64,000 nucleotides of DNA. Origin: Tubiluchus corallicola (taxonomy: Eukaryota; Animalia; Priapulida). Where the stretch lies: positions 1 through 64,000 of the forward strand of contig JAQGDQ010000302.1 of assembly GCA_030141605.1 (NCBI GenBank). The letters run 5' to 3'. Positions 1 through 13,000 of the stretch are shown here, piece after piece. How positions within the stretch are numbered: position 1 is the first letter of the stretch; each line of letters starts with the position of its first letter. The notes beneath the pieces were generated by a model. That model saw nothing but the letters and a program-made list of their open reading frames with translations. It was not told where the DNA came from and did no database searches. The position numbers and the translations under genes were made by a program.

Positions 1-604
1 TTACTGTAGTCTAGATTAGACGATTGGCCTAATTTTGCAGATTTTAGTTTTTTAATCCAGATTTATTTAACAGTTTTTTAATCCAGATTTATTTAACATT
101 CGCCTACTGAGCATCGTGCACAAAAACAAAATTTATCCATATGCGCGTGTAAAAGCTTATGGTTTAAAGCTAAACATGTTTATTATCCTGTGAAATAGCG
201 AAGCAATATTTCGTGGTATTACCAACCAATGTTATATAAATTTACCTTATCATAACTGTATCATAACTTTATGATTGTACACAACAGCAGCTGTAGCTGC
301 TATTTCTATTCTGGCGTCGAAACACTTACTGTATGTTTTTAACTAAATTTCTATAGTATATACTTTGAAACATATATTGAAGTAATTAGTAATTTAAAGT
401 TTTACAGCAGTGATCGTACGTTTTACAAAGACACAAAGGCTTAATTATTTATTTAATTATTAGTTATTAATTATTCTATTGAATGTTCGCGTGCGAATAG
501 AGGTTCTTTGTATTCTGTATACAGATGTATGTAGATGTACTGCATAATCATGTAACTTTAACTTTTCGATCAATAAGCCTAAAATAATGAACTCTCCCCC
601 CTCT

Positions 605-611
<7 letters not shown>

Positions 612-675
<64 letters not shown>
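612..675. repeat. (CT)n microsatellite
   Basis: Directly visible. Confidence 0.98.
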
Positions 676-677
<2 letters not shown>

Positions 678-2513
678 TCTTGTCTGCCAGTCTGTCTACC
701 TGTCTGTCTGTCTCTCTTACACATACACATAGCAGAGTTATTTGCATGATCATTATATCTAATGCATCATTGGGGGAGGGGGATAACCAGGTGCCATTCG
801 TTCTTCCGCTCAGTGCCAAAGTAACACTGACTCATCACCATTGGAAACGGCTGTATACGTACAACACGTATTCAAGTAATAATTTCGATGCGCTGCTGCT
901 GTAGAATATAAAATAAATTGTAGCTCAACTCAGTAGGAAAGCAATTCAATTGATTTTCCTCTGCACGTTTATAGTCGTCTTCTTTATTGATTTAAGTTTG
1001 CTAACACGGGCATAAATACATTAAATACCGCAAAATGCGCAATGGACTTACGACACGGGAACATTTAGACATTGGGATTTTTACTTTTAGACACAGGGAT
1101 GTTCAAACCCAACGTGCTTGAATATTTCTACAGTGGAAGTTCAGACAGAAGCAAGTCTTAAAGTGAAACAGACTACTTCGTACTTGAAGAAGTTTGTACA
1201 CAGGACGCCTTGTCACGCTATATTAGCACACCATTATAAATAAGGATATAATTAATCATTTTAGAGTTTAGAAGTTTTTGCGTTTCGCAAAACTCTAACC
1301 ATAGTTTCCAATAGCTAACTGTTACTCTAATAAATAAATTCACTTAGGTCGTTTTTTTTTTGTTTTTGTTTTTTGGTTTTGGGGTGTTTTGGGGTTTTTT
1401 GGGTGGGTTTGTGTGGTTTGTTTGTTGTTTGTGGTTTGTGTTTGGGTTTTGGTGTGTTCAACGTACTCAAGTTTGAACATTTTCAAAGAAGTGAATTTAT
1501 TCCGTTTTTTTTCTGCAACTTCCATATATGGAAGGATAAGTTTGGAGTTAAGAAATTTTGGATTCGGCAAAGCTCTGTCCATATTTGTTTCTTTATTTAT
1601 GTCTCGTATCCAAAACGCCAAAGTGTGGTCTACAAAGCGTTCTTTAGTTCGAAATGTCAACAAATCAGTAACCCACACGTCTTGCGTTTAAATGACCTGC
1701 GACTTTCTGTGTTAAAATAACCCCGAGTGTAAACATCCTTTCATAATTTAGGTTCCTAAATGTCACATCAGAAAACAATGGCTGCTTATAAATCAAAAAT
1801 GTTCAAATCCAAGGGGAACTGTTAATATGTGACTGATTACATTTGCCACCATTGTTTTTTAACCAAATTTTTGTTTTAGCAACACGCGGTCAGAGTTTGG
1901 TCTTCCTGGGGCCCTAAACCAAATAAAGAAAGCTCAATATGACATTTTAATTTCCTAGAAATGCTTTCTAGAAATAGGTGAAAGGTTTTCGACGATTCTC
2001 TTTCAACCTGACTACATATCCCTAAATATGAAAACTATCTTGTATCAATCAAGTTTACTTACTAGTTACCTAAACTAATGCTGATGAGGGATAATCAGTT
2101 GGGGCTGTGAAAAAATTCTGATATAGTAACACACTCTGACGTCCTATCTTCCACATTATCTCAGTTTTTTAACTAATAGATCACTTCGTAAAAAAGACCT
2201 TCACAGACCTGCACACTAATGTTGTTTGCTCAACTAGTTCTTCAAATTACTTAGTTTCGGTTCGTCAACGTACGCGTTATTGGAGTTCACAAGGTATGTA
2301 GTGCTAATGGCTACGACACCGTGGTGGGAAGGAGCGGCTGGTATTGTGTTAGCAGTAAAATCAAACTTGAACGATCCCGTGGGTTAAAGAAGAACTGAAG
2401 TGAGACCTGGAAGCATCGTTTACGCATTAAGTTCTCCAAATTAATTACATATTCGTAACACACTCAAACCGGTTTGCATCCGATACGTTCCCATATCATT
2501 AAGTCCCGTGTGG

Positions 2514-2984
<471 letters not shown>

Positions 2985-3107
2985 TTTTAGTCACATCGGG
3001 GATGTTTTTACAGTTGAGACTGTCACTGCTGCAAGGCCTATAGATGGCACTAATAATATGTCCAGTTCAATGAAGGAGTTTACAATTCACCACACAATTT
3101 AAATACT

Positions 3108-3196
3108 CTAACCCTAACCCCGACCTTAATCCTAACTCTAGCCCTGACTCTAACCTTAATCCGCTTCACTAAACTGCCCTAACCCTAATTCTAACC
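3108..3196. repeat. Degenerate (CCCTAA)n telomere-like hexamer tract
   Basis: ctaaccctaacc..ccttaatcctaactctagccct..ccctaaccctaa. Confidence 0.7.
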
Positions 3197-4952
3197 GTGT
3201 TCTCTATGTTACAGGGAAGAGGATACTACGGAACACGCTTCACCAAACTAATTTCTTGTGTTTAGCCCACTTAAAATGTCAGTTCGGCGTATGCCAAAGT
3301 TTTAATAGCTTTTAGCAACTAGACTTGGTACCCTAAACAACATCAACGTTGCAACCATAAAAGATTGTTGCTCGTGTTGATGAAGTCAATGACCATGATG
3401 ATGCGATGATGGCAATAATGGCACAGTAACGATGACGATGACAACAACGATGATGAAGTTGATGTTGATGAATGTCACGAATACATTTTAAAGAGTCCTT
3501 GGAAGGAATTTTTCTAATTTAAAATTGGTCTACTTCTGCTGGCAAAAAACCAAAACTTTCTGTGAACAAGCTTGCCTAAATAATTGTTTGTTCAATGGCG
3601 TACCTCGTGACGATGTTGTGTGACAAACATCGATCCACTACGAAACAATATAAACGAATCCACGCCATCTCGATGCTTTCGGCTTGTTATTATATATGTC
3701 ACCATTTCAGTTGCCATTAATTAAAATCGCAATACATGTATTTGAATTTTCGAAGTAAACGGTGAAAAGTTGAAATTTTTGCAGATGAAAATCACAGAAC
3801 AAGATAGGGAGGTTGCTAAATGTGTGTGAAACGATTAATTAGTTCTACTTTCTCAGCAGCTATGTTTATACATTCTCACTGTCACAACAAAACAATGAAA
3901 AAGAAGTAATATCTACAACACGCAAATTGGCAATAAATAATGAAGCTAATATTAATTCTGTATAATTTGTACTTTAGTGCTTATAGTTTTTGGGATAGTG
4001 CTTTCCCTGATTGCAATGAATAGGCAATTTATAATTTTTTGGCTAACTAAACTTACCACCTGTAGCAGTGTCGTTGTGGTCATCATGTGATTCGATGGGA
4101 TTAACGGCGGTGATGACAATGCCAAAAAACATGAGCACACATACTGTAGGTGCCTCCATTACTGCACGCACTCACACCACGCCGCAAGATGAGGCTGCAG
4201 TGTAGAGTATTATACAGGTTTTGCTGCCTCCAGCTCAATTATTACAGGTAGTGGCATCTCAAATTGATGCGCATGAGTTGTACAGGTATGCGCTGTATAG
4301 ATGAGAGACAGGTGTGTTTATTATGTGGATGAAGCTTTACTAAAAATACTATTTTGCAAAGTTATGCAAGCACGGCCTAATATCATAATCTCAAAATGCA
4401 CATTACGGAACAACTACAGTTCAAAAAAATTTTTTATTGCCTGCAGTTCATAAATATAGACCTTTTCCTCCTTCTTCTCCTCCTCATTCTAGTCCAGGAA
4501 TCAGCAGCTGCTACAATTTTCATTGTTTCTGAAAGGTAATTGTATGATTTTTTTCCGGCGAAATCCTTGTAGTATAGTAACAGTGTCTTAGCTGTACAAG
4601 CGCCTTACTTTACTGTTACTTGTAGTGCTGTGCATTGCCACTTCAAGGTGTATTTGGCAGAACAAACAGTGGATCAATGTTGCATAACAACGTACTAAAT
4701 ACTACCTGGAGTACTAAGTAAATATCGTTATAAACTGTACTATCACTGCACTCTTTTAGATGATTCAGAAGAAGGTATACTTTGGGTGAAACTTGCGGCT
4801 GTGCAGTACCGGTTTTGCTTCCTTGTAGCTTTTTGCTATTTATCTCCTGATAACTCTTCTAGGTACGTGACTGTTCACAATTTTTATGAAACACTCCTAT
4901 CACAGTTATATGTGTGCCGTAATGTAAGCAAGCATATGCACTTTTCGAACAC

Positions 4953-5325
4953 CTGTTAGTACATTTATGCAATCTACAATGTTTCCTTAATTGAGTTATT
5001 GTGACTTTAATGCTGTGTCAGCAGCCATTTTGAATTACCTTGACCTAGAATGACTTTGAAACACTATTTTCTGATAGACCATATGCATTTTTATATCAGC
5101 TGTCAACATATTTATGCAGTGTACAATGCATCTTAGTGAGTTATTTTGACTTTAAAGCTAAGTCGGCGGCATTTTAAATGGCCTTGACCTTATATGACCT
5201 AAAACACTATTTTCCTGATAGGCCATGCGTACTTTTGTATTAGCTGTAATACATTTATGCCATCTTAAATGCCGTCTTTTTTAGTTCTTTTGACTTTAAA
5301 GCAGTGTTGGCAGCCATTTTGAACT
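4953..5325. repeat. Diverged tandem repeat, about 146-bp unit, about 2.6 copies; probably internal to a non-autonomous element
   Basis: Recurring atttatgc..tgacttta.agc..gcagccattttgaa..ccttgacct..aaacactatttt at about 4960, 5110 and 5252. Confidence 0.85.
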
Positions 5326-6466
5326 TAGAGCCCCATAACTTTTTCCAAAAGTGGATTTCAGAAAATTTTTAATATGTTGTTCTAGACGACTTTCTGGGTG
5401 TCTGTGCAAAAATTCAGCTTTACGCTATTTTTATCTACACATACATTTTTTGGTTAATTTGACTGGACTATTTAACTTGGACTGATAACCTCACAGAAAG
5501 CTGTACTGATCTGAGAGCGAAATGTTTCTCCACACTAATTATATTTCTTTCCACATACACCGCAAAATATCTTTTGCTTTACTAACTTTTAAAAATATAT
5601 CGATGTGTTAAAAAAATATAACTTTGTTAAACATGTAAGAGATACATAAGTATTTCTTATCCTATGTCATCTTATCTTACCTTATCGTACTTACATGGCT
5701 GGCCGCAATCCTTACTTAAATAGTTCTGTATACAGTGATTCGGGGTAAAATTTTCTAATTACCCATCTATGTCTCTGTTTTGTCTTTGGTTCCGATTTAC
5801 CAAGATCCAGACGCAGTTTACACTTAGCATTTGCCACACAGAGTTTTACATTTTTCATTTTGTTTCATACCAATAGAGGGCGCAGTTATGCAGCGGCACG
5901 AAAAATAATGTAAAAAAATAAAACAAATTAAAATTTGTATGAATTTTCAGTTTTTCTTTGTTCTTTTTATACAAACTAGTAAACTAGTAGTTTACGTATG
6001 TCAATTACATATGGCCTTCGTCAGTACAACAAGCGAAAAGTGGCACAGGTACCTAACATTAATAAAAATGTGATGAGGCAATTTTATAGGCACAAACTTT
6101 TAGTTACCCAGCAATGACTAAGTTATCGAAATTAAGCTTTCTAGCATATTACTTGACTACACCAATGGTATAGGCCTGAAGTAGCTGTAATATGTTACTC
6201 TACAATAAAATAATCACTAAAGCCATGCTTGAGACATTAAATGAAATTTCTGCTTTATGTAACTAATATTCTTTCTTAACTTGTTTGCCTTAGCGTGCCA
6301 TTTTAGAAGGTTGGGGAGCTTCTTGGCGATGAAGCCCATATTAAAATGTTCTCAATTTTTCTCTCACGAGCATCTTAAGACATATGCCGAGTTAGTTATA
6401 AAAAAATTACGTCTGTATCTACATAACAATTTGGTTGATCGGTTTTGATCAGTGAATTTTTGCACT

Positions 6467-7000
6467 TCACATTTCCGACGTAGCCGTTGTCGTAATCTTT
6501 GCCCCATTGTGAACTCTATCCTGAGAGGCATGACATTTGTCATTTATCGTTGCAATACATTCCAGACTTGTGTTCAAAGAGTGCACGCCACCTAAACCAC
6601 CTGGTCTAATCCTCTTACTGCGCTGTTGTAGCTCCGGCGTCTCGAATCGCTTTGGCAAATGTTCCATAGAGGTCGCTTGAAGCATCTGTCTTGCCACATC
6701 GCCTGGAAAGAGTGCAGTTCATGTTAGTGAATGCAACTACATGGTTGCAAGCCACTGACAGACAACTAGGTACAAATCATCCATTTTGTCTGTCTTGGTT
6801 TGTAAACACGCATTTGATACAAAATTTTTAAGTACCATCCAAGCTGCTACCATTAAACTAGTAGTGTCCCTGTAGAAGGATATTTTCGTCATAATAAAGG
6901 TAATCAGTTTATGGTTAGCTGCAAGCGAGCATTACCCGATAATTTGACTAATTATAAACTCATGAGTTAGTCATCATCAAAATATGCCAAAAGTGTCCCT

Positions 7001-7072
<72 letters not shown>

Positions 7073-9982
7073 TTCTTTCTCTCTTCACTTCGTTAATCTC
7101 TCATTAATTGTTAGTCTCCCTATCACAAAATATTATTAGATATCAGTAAGCATGCAAAAACGATGGTCGAGGTCGGCTAGCAATGAAGACTAAACAAGAA
7201 CATTAAAAGTGTAAAAGTTTTTCAACGTGCAGCGATTAAATACAGACAAAATATTATGCTGTTAAACCAAAAGAAATAGCCGCTCCCTGAACACACAGAT
7301 ATAAAACTTACTTTACAAGACTCGTTGACCGAACTTTCATTGATCTGAACGCTACCGAAGTTCGTAACTTGTGTTAACTGAAGAAGGTCACGACATCTAC
7401 AATCAAGTCAGTCTCGGTAATTACATGGTGCACGAAACACCAAAGAAGATGGAAGAGTAAAATTAAGGCACAGTTCGAAACAGATCACCCGAAAAGTACA
7501 GACACGTGAAGAAGTCTAATCCATTTTAGAAAGTACATACCATCTTCGTTAAAAGCAGCATCCCTAGCCGATGGTCCTCTTTTTGATGCACCAGGAATCA
7601 TACCACAAGCTATTGTTTATCAAATGAATTTTCTTAATATTTTTCCGTATCTAATACAGTTATACGTTTATTAAGTTGCTCTATTTTTTTAAAGTAAGCT
7701 CACAAAATAGTAAAATCAACAAGCCAGTGTACAACCTGAAGGGCACGATAATACAGTAACGTAGACACAAGTCAGACCAAAAATAATTTGTAGTGACCAA
7801 ACTTAAGTTGTGATTGTTAAATAGCAACAAATTAATCCGTCGCCTTGCGAAACATGATTTGAACCAATTTATAAGCATACACGTTCATTGTTCATTTTTA
7901 CGTACGTTGTAGATTTGTTTTACATGAAGATTAGATTCTAAAAGTGAAAGGAACTAAAAGAAAAATGTTACAATGTAAAAGAAACAAAAAACACCACATT
8001 TCCTAAAAAAAATAATTGCTTCAAGGTTATTGTAAGTGTTTCTCAGTAAGCATTGTGAACAATGGACATGCACTGATGGTCATGCAGAAGGCCATGGACA
8101 AAGGCAAAAATGATACGTTATAAACGTTAAACGACTGTTTCAATATACATCATTAACAGAACATTGTCATTATGAAAATATCTGGCATGTTAATGTTGAA
8201 TAGGATTAACCAAAAATTTTTATGCACCAATCAGATTGTAAGTACCTCTATAATGGAAAGTAACGATTAAAGTGGCAACGCAAAAATACTTCACTTCACA
8301 GTACTATCAAAGTAAACTACTTTACACTGCAATGTTGCGTATATTTCAAGGACAAAGCAGCAGCGTCCTGGATACTCAATGGGCTTCCCTATTAGCAAGT
8401 GTGGACTTTATAGTGCATGTAAATTTGCTGTTAATTAACGAAAAAACTTAGCGAACAAATTCACACTGAAGTGGAAGCTGGATGGTGTTACAGTATGTGC
8501 GAAAAAAGAAATTATTCGTCATCTGTAACTTTACTACTTTGTCTACAATTATTCGAGAAGAGATGAAAGTGATCTTTATTATTATTATACTGCACATCCT
8601 AACCAGCCTGTAAATTTGTGAAGTTTAAGCATACTTTACCAATTTTGCATATAGATCCTCACTAAACAACAATTTTTTCACAGTAGAAAAATAGCATAGA
8701 AAAGAAAATAGAAGTACGTGAAACAAGAAAAAAGAATGCTTGGGCTTTGAGAGAAAAGTTTGTAAGAAACAAGTGAATGTTCTTTCCCAAACAAATCGAG
8801 CAAAGACGTTTAATTAATGTTTACAGAAAAAATCTAGGTCAACGTGCAATTCTAATAAAGAATAAAAACAGACTAACCTGAAGTACAGAGACAAACGGTA
8901 TCAGGTCATGTTACAGTTACCGGAAAGAAAAAGATTTTGAGATGCCAAAGATGTTAAGAAATTTCCTGAATCTAATGGATTTGACAGATCTAAATACATT
9001 ATAGATGTTGAAGATGAAGAGACAACACTCGTATTTTTGGAGCTGAGTCATCGATAAATTCTACTTGTTGGCCAATGATATCATACTAACACCTCTCATT
9101 TTCCTTAAGGACTAGTTGATGGAAAATTAGCCACAGAGGTACTAGATACACCTACGTTCAAAATATTAAAATGGTGTTGAAAAATTCAAAACCTTGTGCT
9201 AAAGCCTGCACAAAATACTAAATCGGGAAAGTTCTAGGAAAAAGTGGTTTACTTTGAAGTGCTAAACAGAAGAAGACAACGTTGAACTGGATCGCTGAAA
9301 AGACACAACACACAATTATTGTGACTGGAATAGATCACCAAACTTTGTCCCAGCAGAGGTCAAACACTTATATAGATTTTTTGTATTGAAAGTAGAAAAA
9401 TCGCTCATCTCATTATTAAGTTATGTCGTTCGGATGTAAACTAGAGGAGGATCCTCATTCACGTCCCAAAAGCACACAGTTCTACAAGCACTTCATAGAC
9501 GATGATGATAATTCTTTATTTCGTAAATATATACAAATGAGTATATACAAAACTTTATAGAGGAATTAAGTTAGAAATCTTGCAAAGTCTGTTGCATGTA
9601 TTTTGGATGTGATGTATAAATATTTTTTGTTTTATAATGTCGCAAAGTTTTACAAATAGTTTTAAAAAGTTCTGTAACATGATCACTTTTGTGGTAGGAG
9701 AGATAGTAAATGTGTAAGTGTCCTTTTTGCCATAGTAGCCATTTGATACGTTCAGAAACTCTGATTTTCAAGATGGAAGCAGAGAGAAGAATCCCGGACA
9801 ATACATTACTGTTTTAGATTTTCAAAAGCTCATTTGCTTAACAGATTTTTCAGTAACAAAGTTAAAAGTTCTTTCCTTTTATAGTCTTCCCTATATACGC
9901 ATTTACACTGCAAAAGTACCTGCGTGCCTACTAGCTACGCACAAATCTACCTACCTGCATGCTTGCCTATCTGTCTCTCTCC

Positions 9983-10071
<89 letters not shown>

Positions 10072-13000
10072 TTCTCTCTCTCTCTCTCTCTTTCTCTCTC
10101 CCTCTTTTTCTCTCCCTCTTTCTCTCTCCCTCTCTCTCTCTCCCTCTCTTTCCCTCAAATTTTCTAAAAAAAGCAAGCAGCAGAGTAAAAGCGTTAACAC
10201 CAAAGAAAACAAAAGGCACAATAATTGTAACGAAAATCAGACAGCAGAAAAAGACATGTTGTACTGTTAAATTGAAAGAAATAGCTATTCCCTGAACACC
10301 AGTTTTTTACAGACTTCTGCTCACCAAACTTACTTTGAGGTGTGCAGTAACTTCAGATAAGTTTTAGTGCAACACCAAAACAAGACGGAAGTATCAAAAT
10401 CGAAAAGTTGATTTCCGGAAGACACGTGAAACTGGACCGCTAATATTACATACCATTTCTGCGAACAGCGTTTCGCCTAGCCAATTGTCCTCTTTTGGAT
10501 GAAGCAGGAATCATACCACAAACTACCAATTTTATCAAATAAATTTTGGTATGTTTACAACACATGTACTGGAATAATGGTTAAATTGTTAGAACAAGCT
10601 GAGTTTTTCAGCTATATTAACCAGCGAGCTTGCTCAATAAGTGACAGCACGGTAACACAGACACAAGTGACGAAGCTGAGTAGAATAAGTTAAACATCTG
10701 CCCGGCAGGACGCGCTTGCTGCCATTTCATAAAAACACATGTTCGTTCATTTTATGTAGGCCTGCATCACAGAGATTAACATTATGGTTAATGTTTAATT
10801 CAGTGCCTACCTATATCTTATTTGTAAATCAGATATAAAAAAATGAAAGGGACCAAAAAATGTAACAATGCAAAAGAAACAAAAGCCACCGCCACAAATA
10901 TAAAAAAGCATAGATGCTACAAGGTTATTGCAAGTGTTTTTCAGTAAGCAATGTGAACTAAAACATGCACAGACAACCAGGCAGAAAGCCATTGACAAAG
11001 ACGGAAATGACGTGTAACCCCACAGACATGTTGAATTTTTCAATATACATCATTGACACAACATTGATTTTTTCAGAATAACTGACGTGTTGAAAGCTGT
11101 ACACTGTACAGGAATACCCAATTTTGTTAAGAATACATGCATTGATCATAGCACAAGTTTCTTTACGTTGCAATGTATTGGTTATCGTCAGCATAAAGAA
11201 CGGTTCACTTCACAGTACTATTAATATAAACTATGCTTTACACCGCGATATTTCGTGCATTTATTACATAGAATGAAGCAGTAAAATTCTCATAAAAAAC
11301 GATTCATGTAAATTTTCTAATATTGGACAAAAAATCAGTCCAAAATGCACTCAGTCGAGTGGAGGATCGAGTGCTTGGTAGCATAAAAGGGAAACCGTAC
11401 GAAAAATGTATTAAAGATGCAAAAATTTTATCATTGTTTATTATGAGAAAACGTTATGATACCTATTTACTTGTCGAAACATTTTATGCAAGTTTACACG
11501 CAAATACGGGCTCCGATGTAACCCAACTAGACCAACTAATTTACACAAACTGTCGCGTAGTAAAACTAATTCATGTCTTTAGTTATGCAACATCTAAAAA
11601 AATTTGATATTCAGAAATTATTCTTTATAACCTGCACGAATTTCAGTTTGGGAACCGTAAAACGCAGATTCGCAGGACTCATAAAACCTTAAAGGCCGAC
11701 TTGTACAATAAATGTGTTTAAATAAGTTTAATCGATTTTTGACTTAACACCTACCTTAATTTCTATACATAACTGCGCAAAGCCAACAACGAAGATATCA
11801 TTAAGTAAGCGTACTTATTGCCTACCTCCACCAAAAAGGGCACCTCCTCCTCCTTGGACAGTTTTTAAGACTAGGCTGTTTAGTGTATCACCCTTCTCTC
11901 CCCACCCATGACCGTATGCATCTACTGGGTATGCCTGTTCTCCGTGCTTTGGTATATCTAGACCTCGCTCTTCTATAAGCGAATTAACACGTAGAAGGTT
12001 CGCCATCTTCAAACCCCAAAACATGAACGTTGCCATAACACTGCTCCAAACTATAATGGCAACTGCTCCAACTAAGTTCCAACCAAATTGCTAAAACAGA
12101 AAACTGTTAGCAACACTAAAACAAATCTGACACCAATGAAAACTAACAAACAGCAGCAGCAACAGCAACAATGACGACATGAAACAGTAACTAAACACCT
12201 AAAATACCTACTTAACATAAGACAAAGCGGTTACTAAAGTGAACAATGGCACTAAAGCATATTCACGCTTCGTACTGTATCAAGTTTGACGTGCATGCTG
12301 TTCGTATATAAATATTACAGTTGAAAAATTGAATAAAATTGCATTTACAATTAAAATGACAATTAAAAGACGTCAGCTGTAAACAATAAAATGACAAAAA
12401 ATATACTGAGATCATACAAAGTGCACCACTTTTGGTACAACCTATTAATAAAAAGTACGCAAAACACTATAAACCCTCATTAAAAAATGAAATAAAAACT
12501 AAAATAACCGATTTATTCCCCAAGATCATAATTACTATCATTTAAAAGACTCTTCATAATTGGGCACAGGTGACTAACACTCGCTATTTGTTTTACATGT
12601 GTTCTCTAGCAAAGTTTTTATTTTCTTTAATAGCATCGAGTGTAAATTTGCATGAACAGGTAATAAATAACATTGTTTTTCTGAATTTTTAGAAGGTCGG
12701 TTAGAGGATAGAGGTTACGACACATATTTACGAAGCCTCCGCACACAGGGAGGATAGGTAGCTAGCCAATCGATCGGCTACCTTCCTCCTCAAAACACGT
12801 GACCAAATACCCAGAAAGGGGTAAGTTATGCAGGAAGGCGACCAGAAAGCCTTGTTCCAATTCTAAATGACTCTAAAAATTTCGATATAGGTACAATATT
12901 CCAACCTAGAACCCTTGAAACGTCTTCTATTGGCTTAGGATATAAGTAAAACGTATATAATTGATTGCATATAATATTAGGTTGCATATGAAAGATAGCC

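Larger units (their letters stand above)
7000..11420. repeat. Old diverged direct duplication in the last Amt intron (about 7000-8520 vs about 9985-11420); each copy has a (CT)n tract and a cassette exon
   Basis: Collinear shared blocks at about 2.9-kb offset, e.g. aaatagc..tccctgaacac, caggaatcataccaca, caaggttattg.aagtgttt.tcagtaagca.tgtgaac and ttcacttcacagtactat. Confidence 0.85.

Noticed and set aside
2081-2120. CTGATGA..GAAA hammerhead-like match
   Set aside because: No convincing stem I, II or III pairing.
3108-3196. True telomere or chromosome fusion site
   Set aside because: Short, highly degenerate and single-orientation; typical of repeat-associated hexamer tracts.
8880-9800. Peptide-like fragments between the duplicated Amt intron blocks
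   Set aside because: Multiple stops and no recognisable motif; probably decayed retroelement, but unassignable.
9924-10295. Four overlapping ER/LS ORFs
   Set aside because: (CT)n microsatellite artefact.
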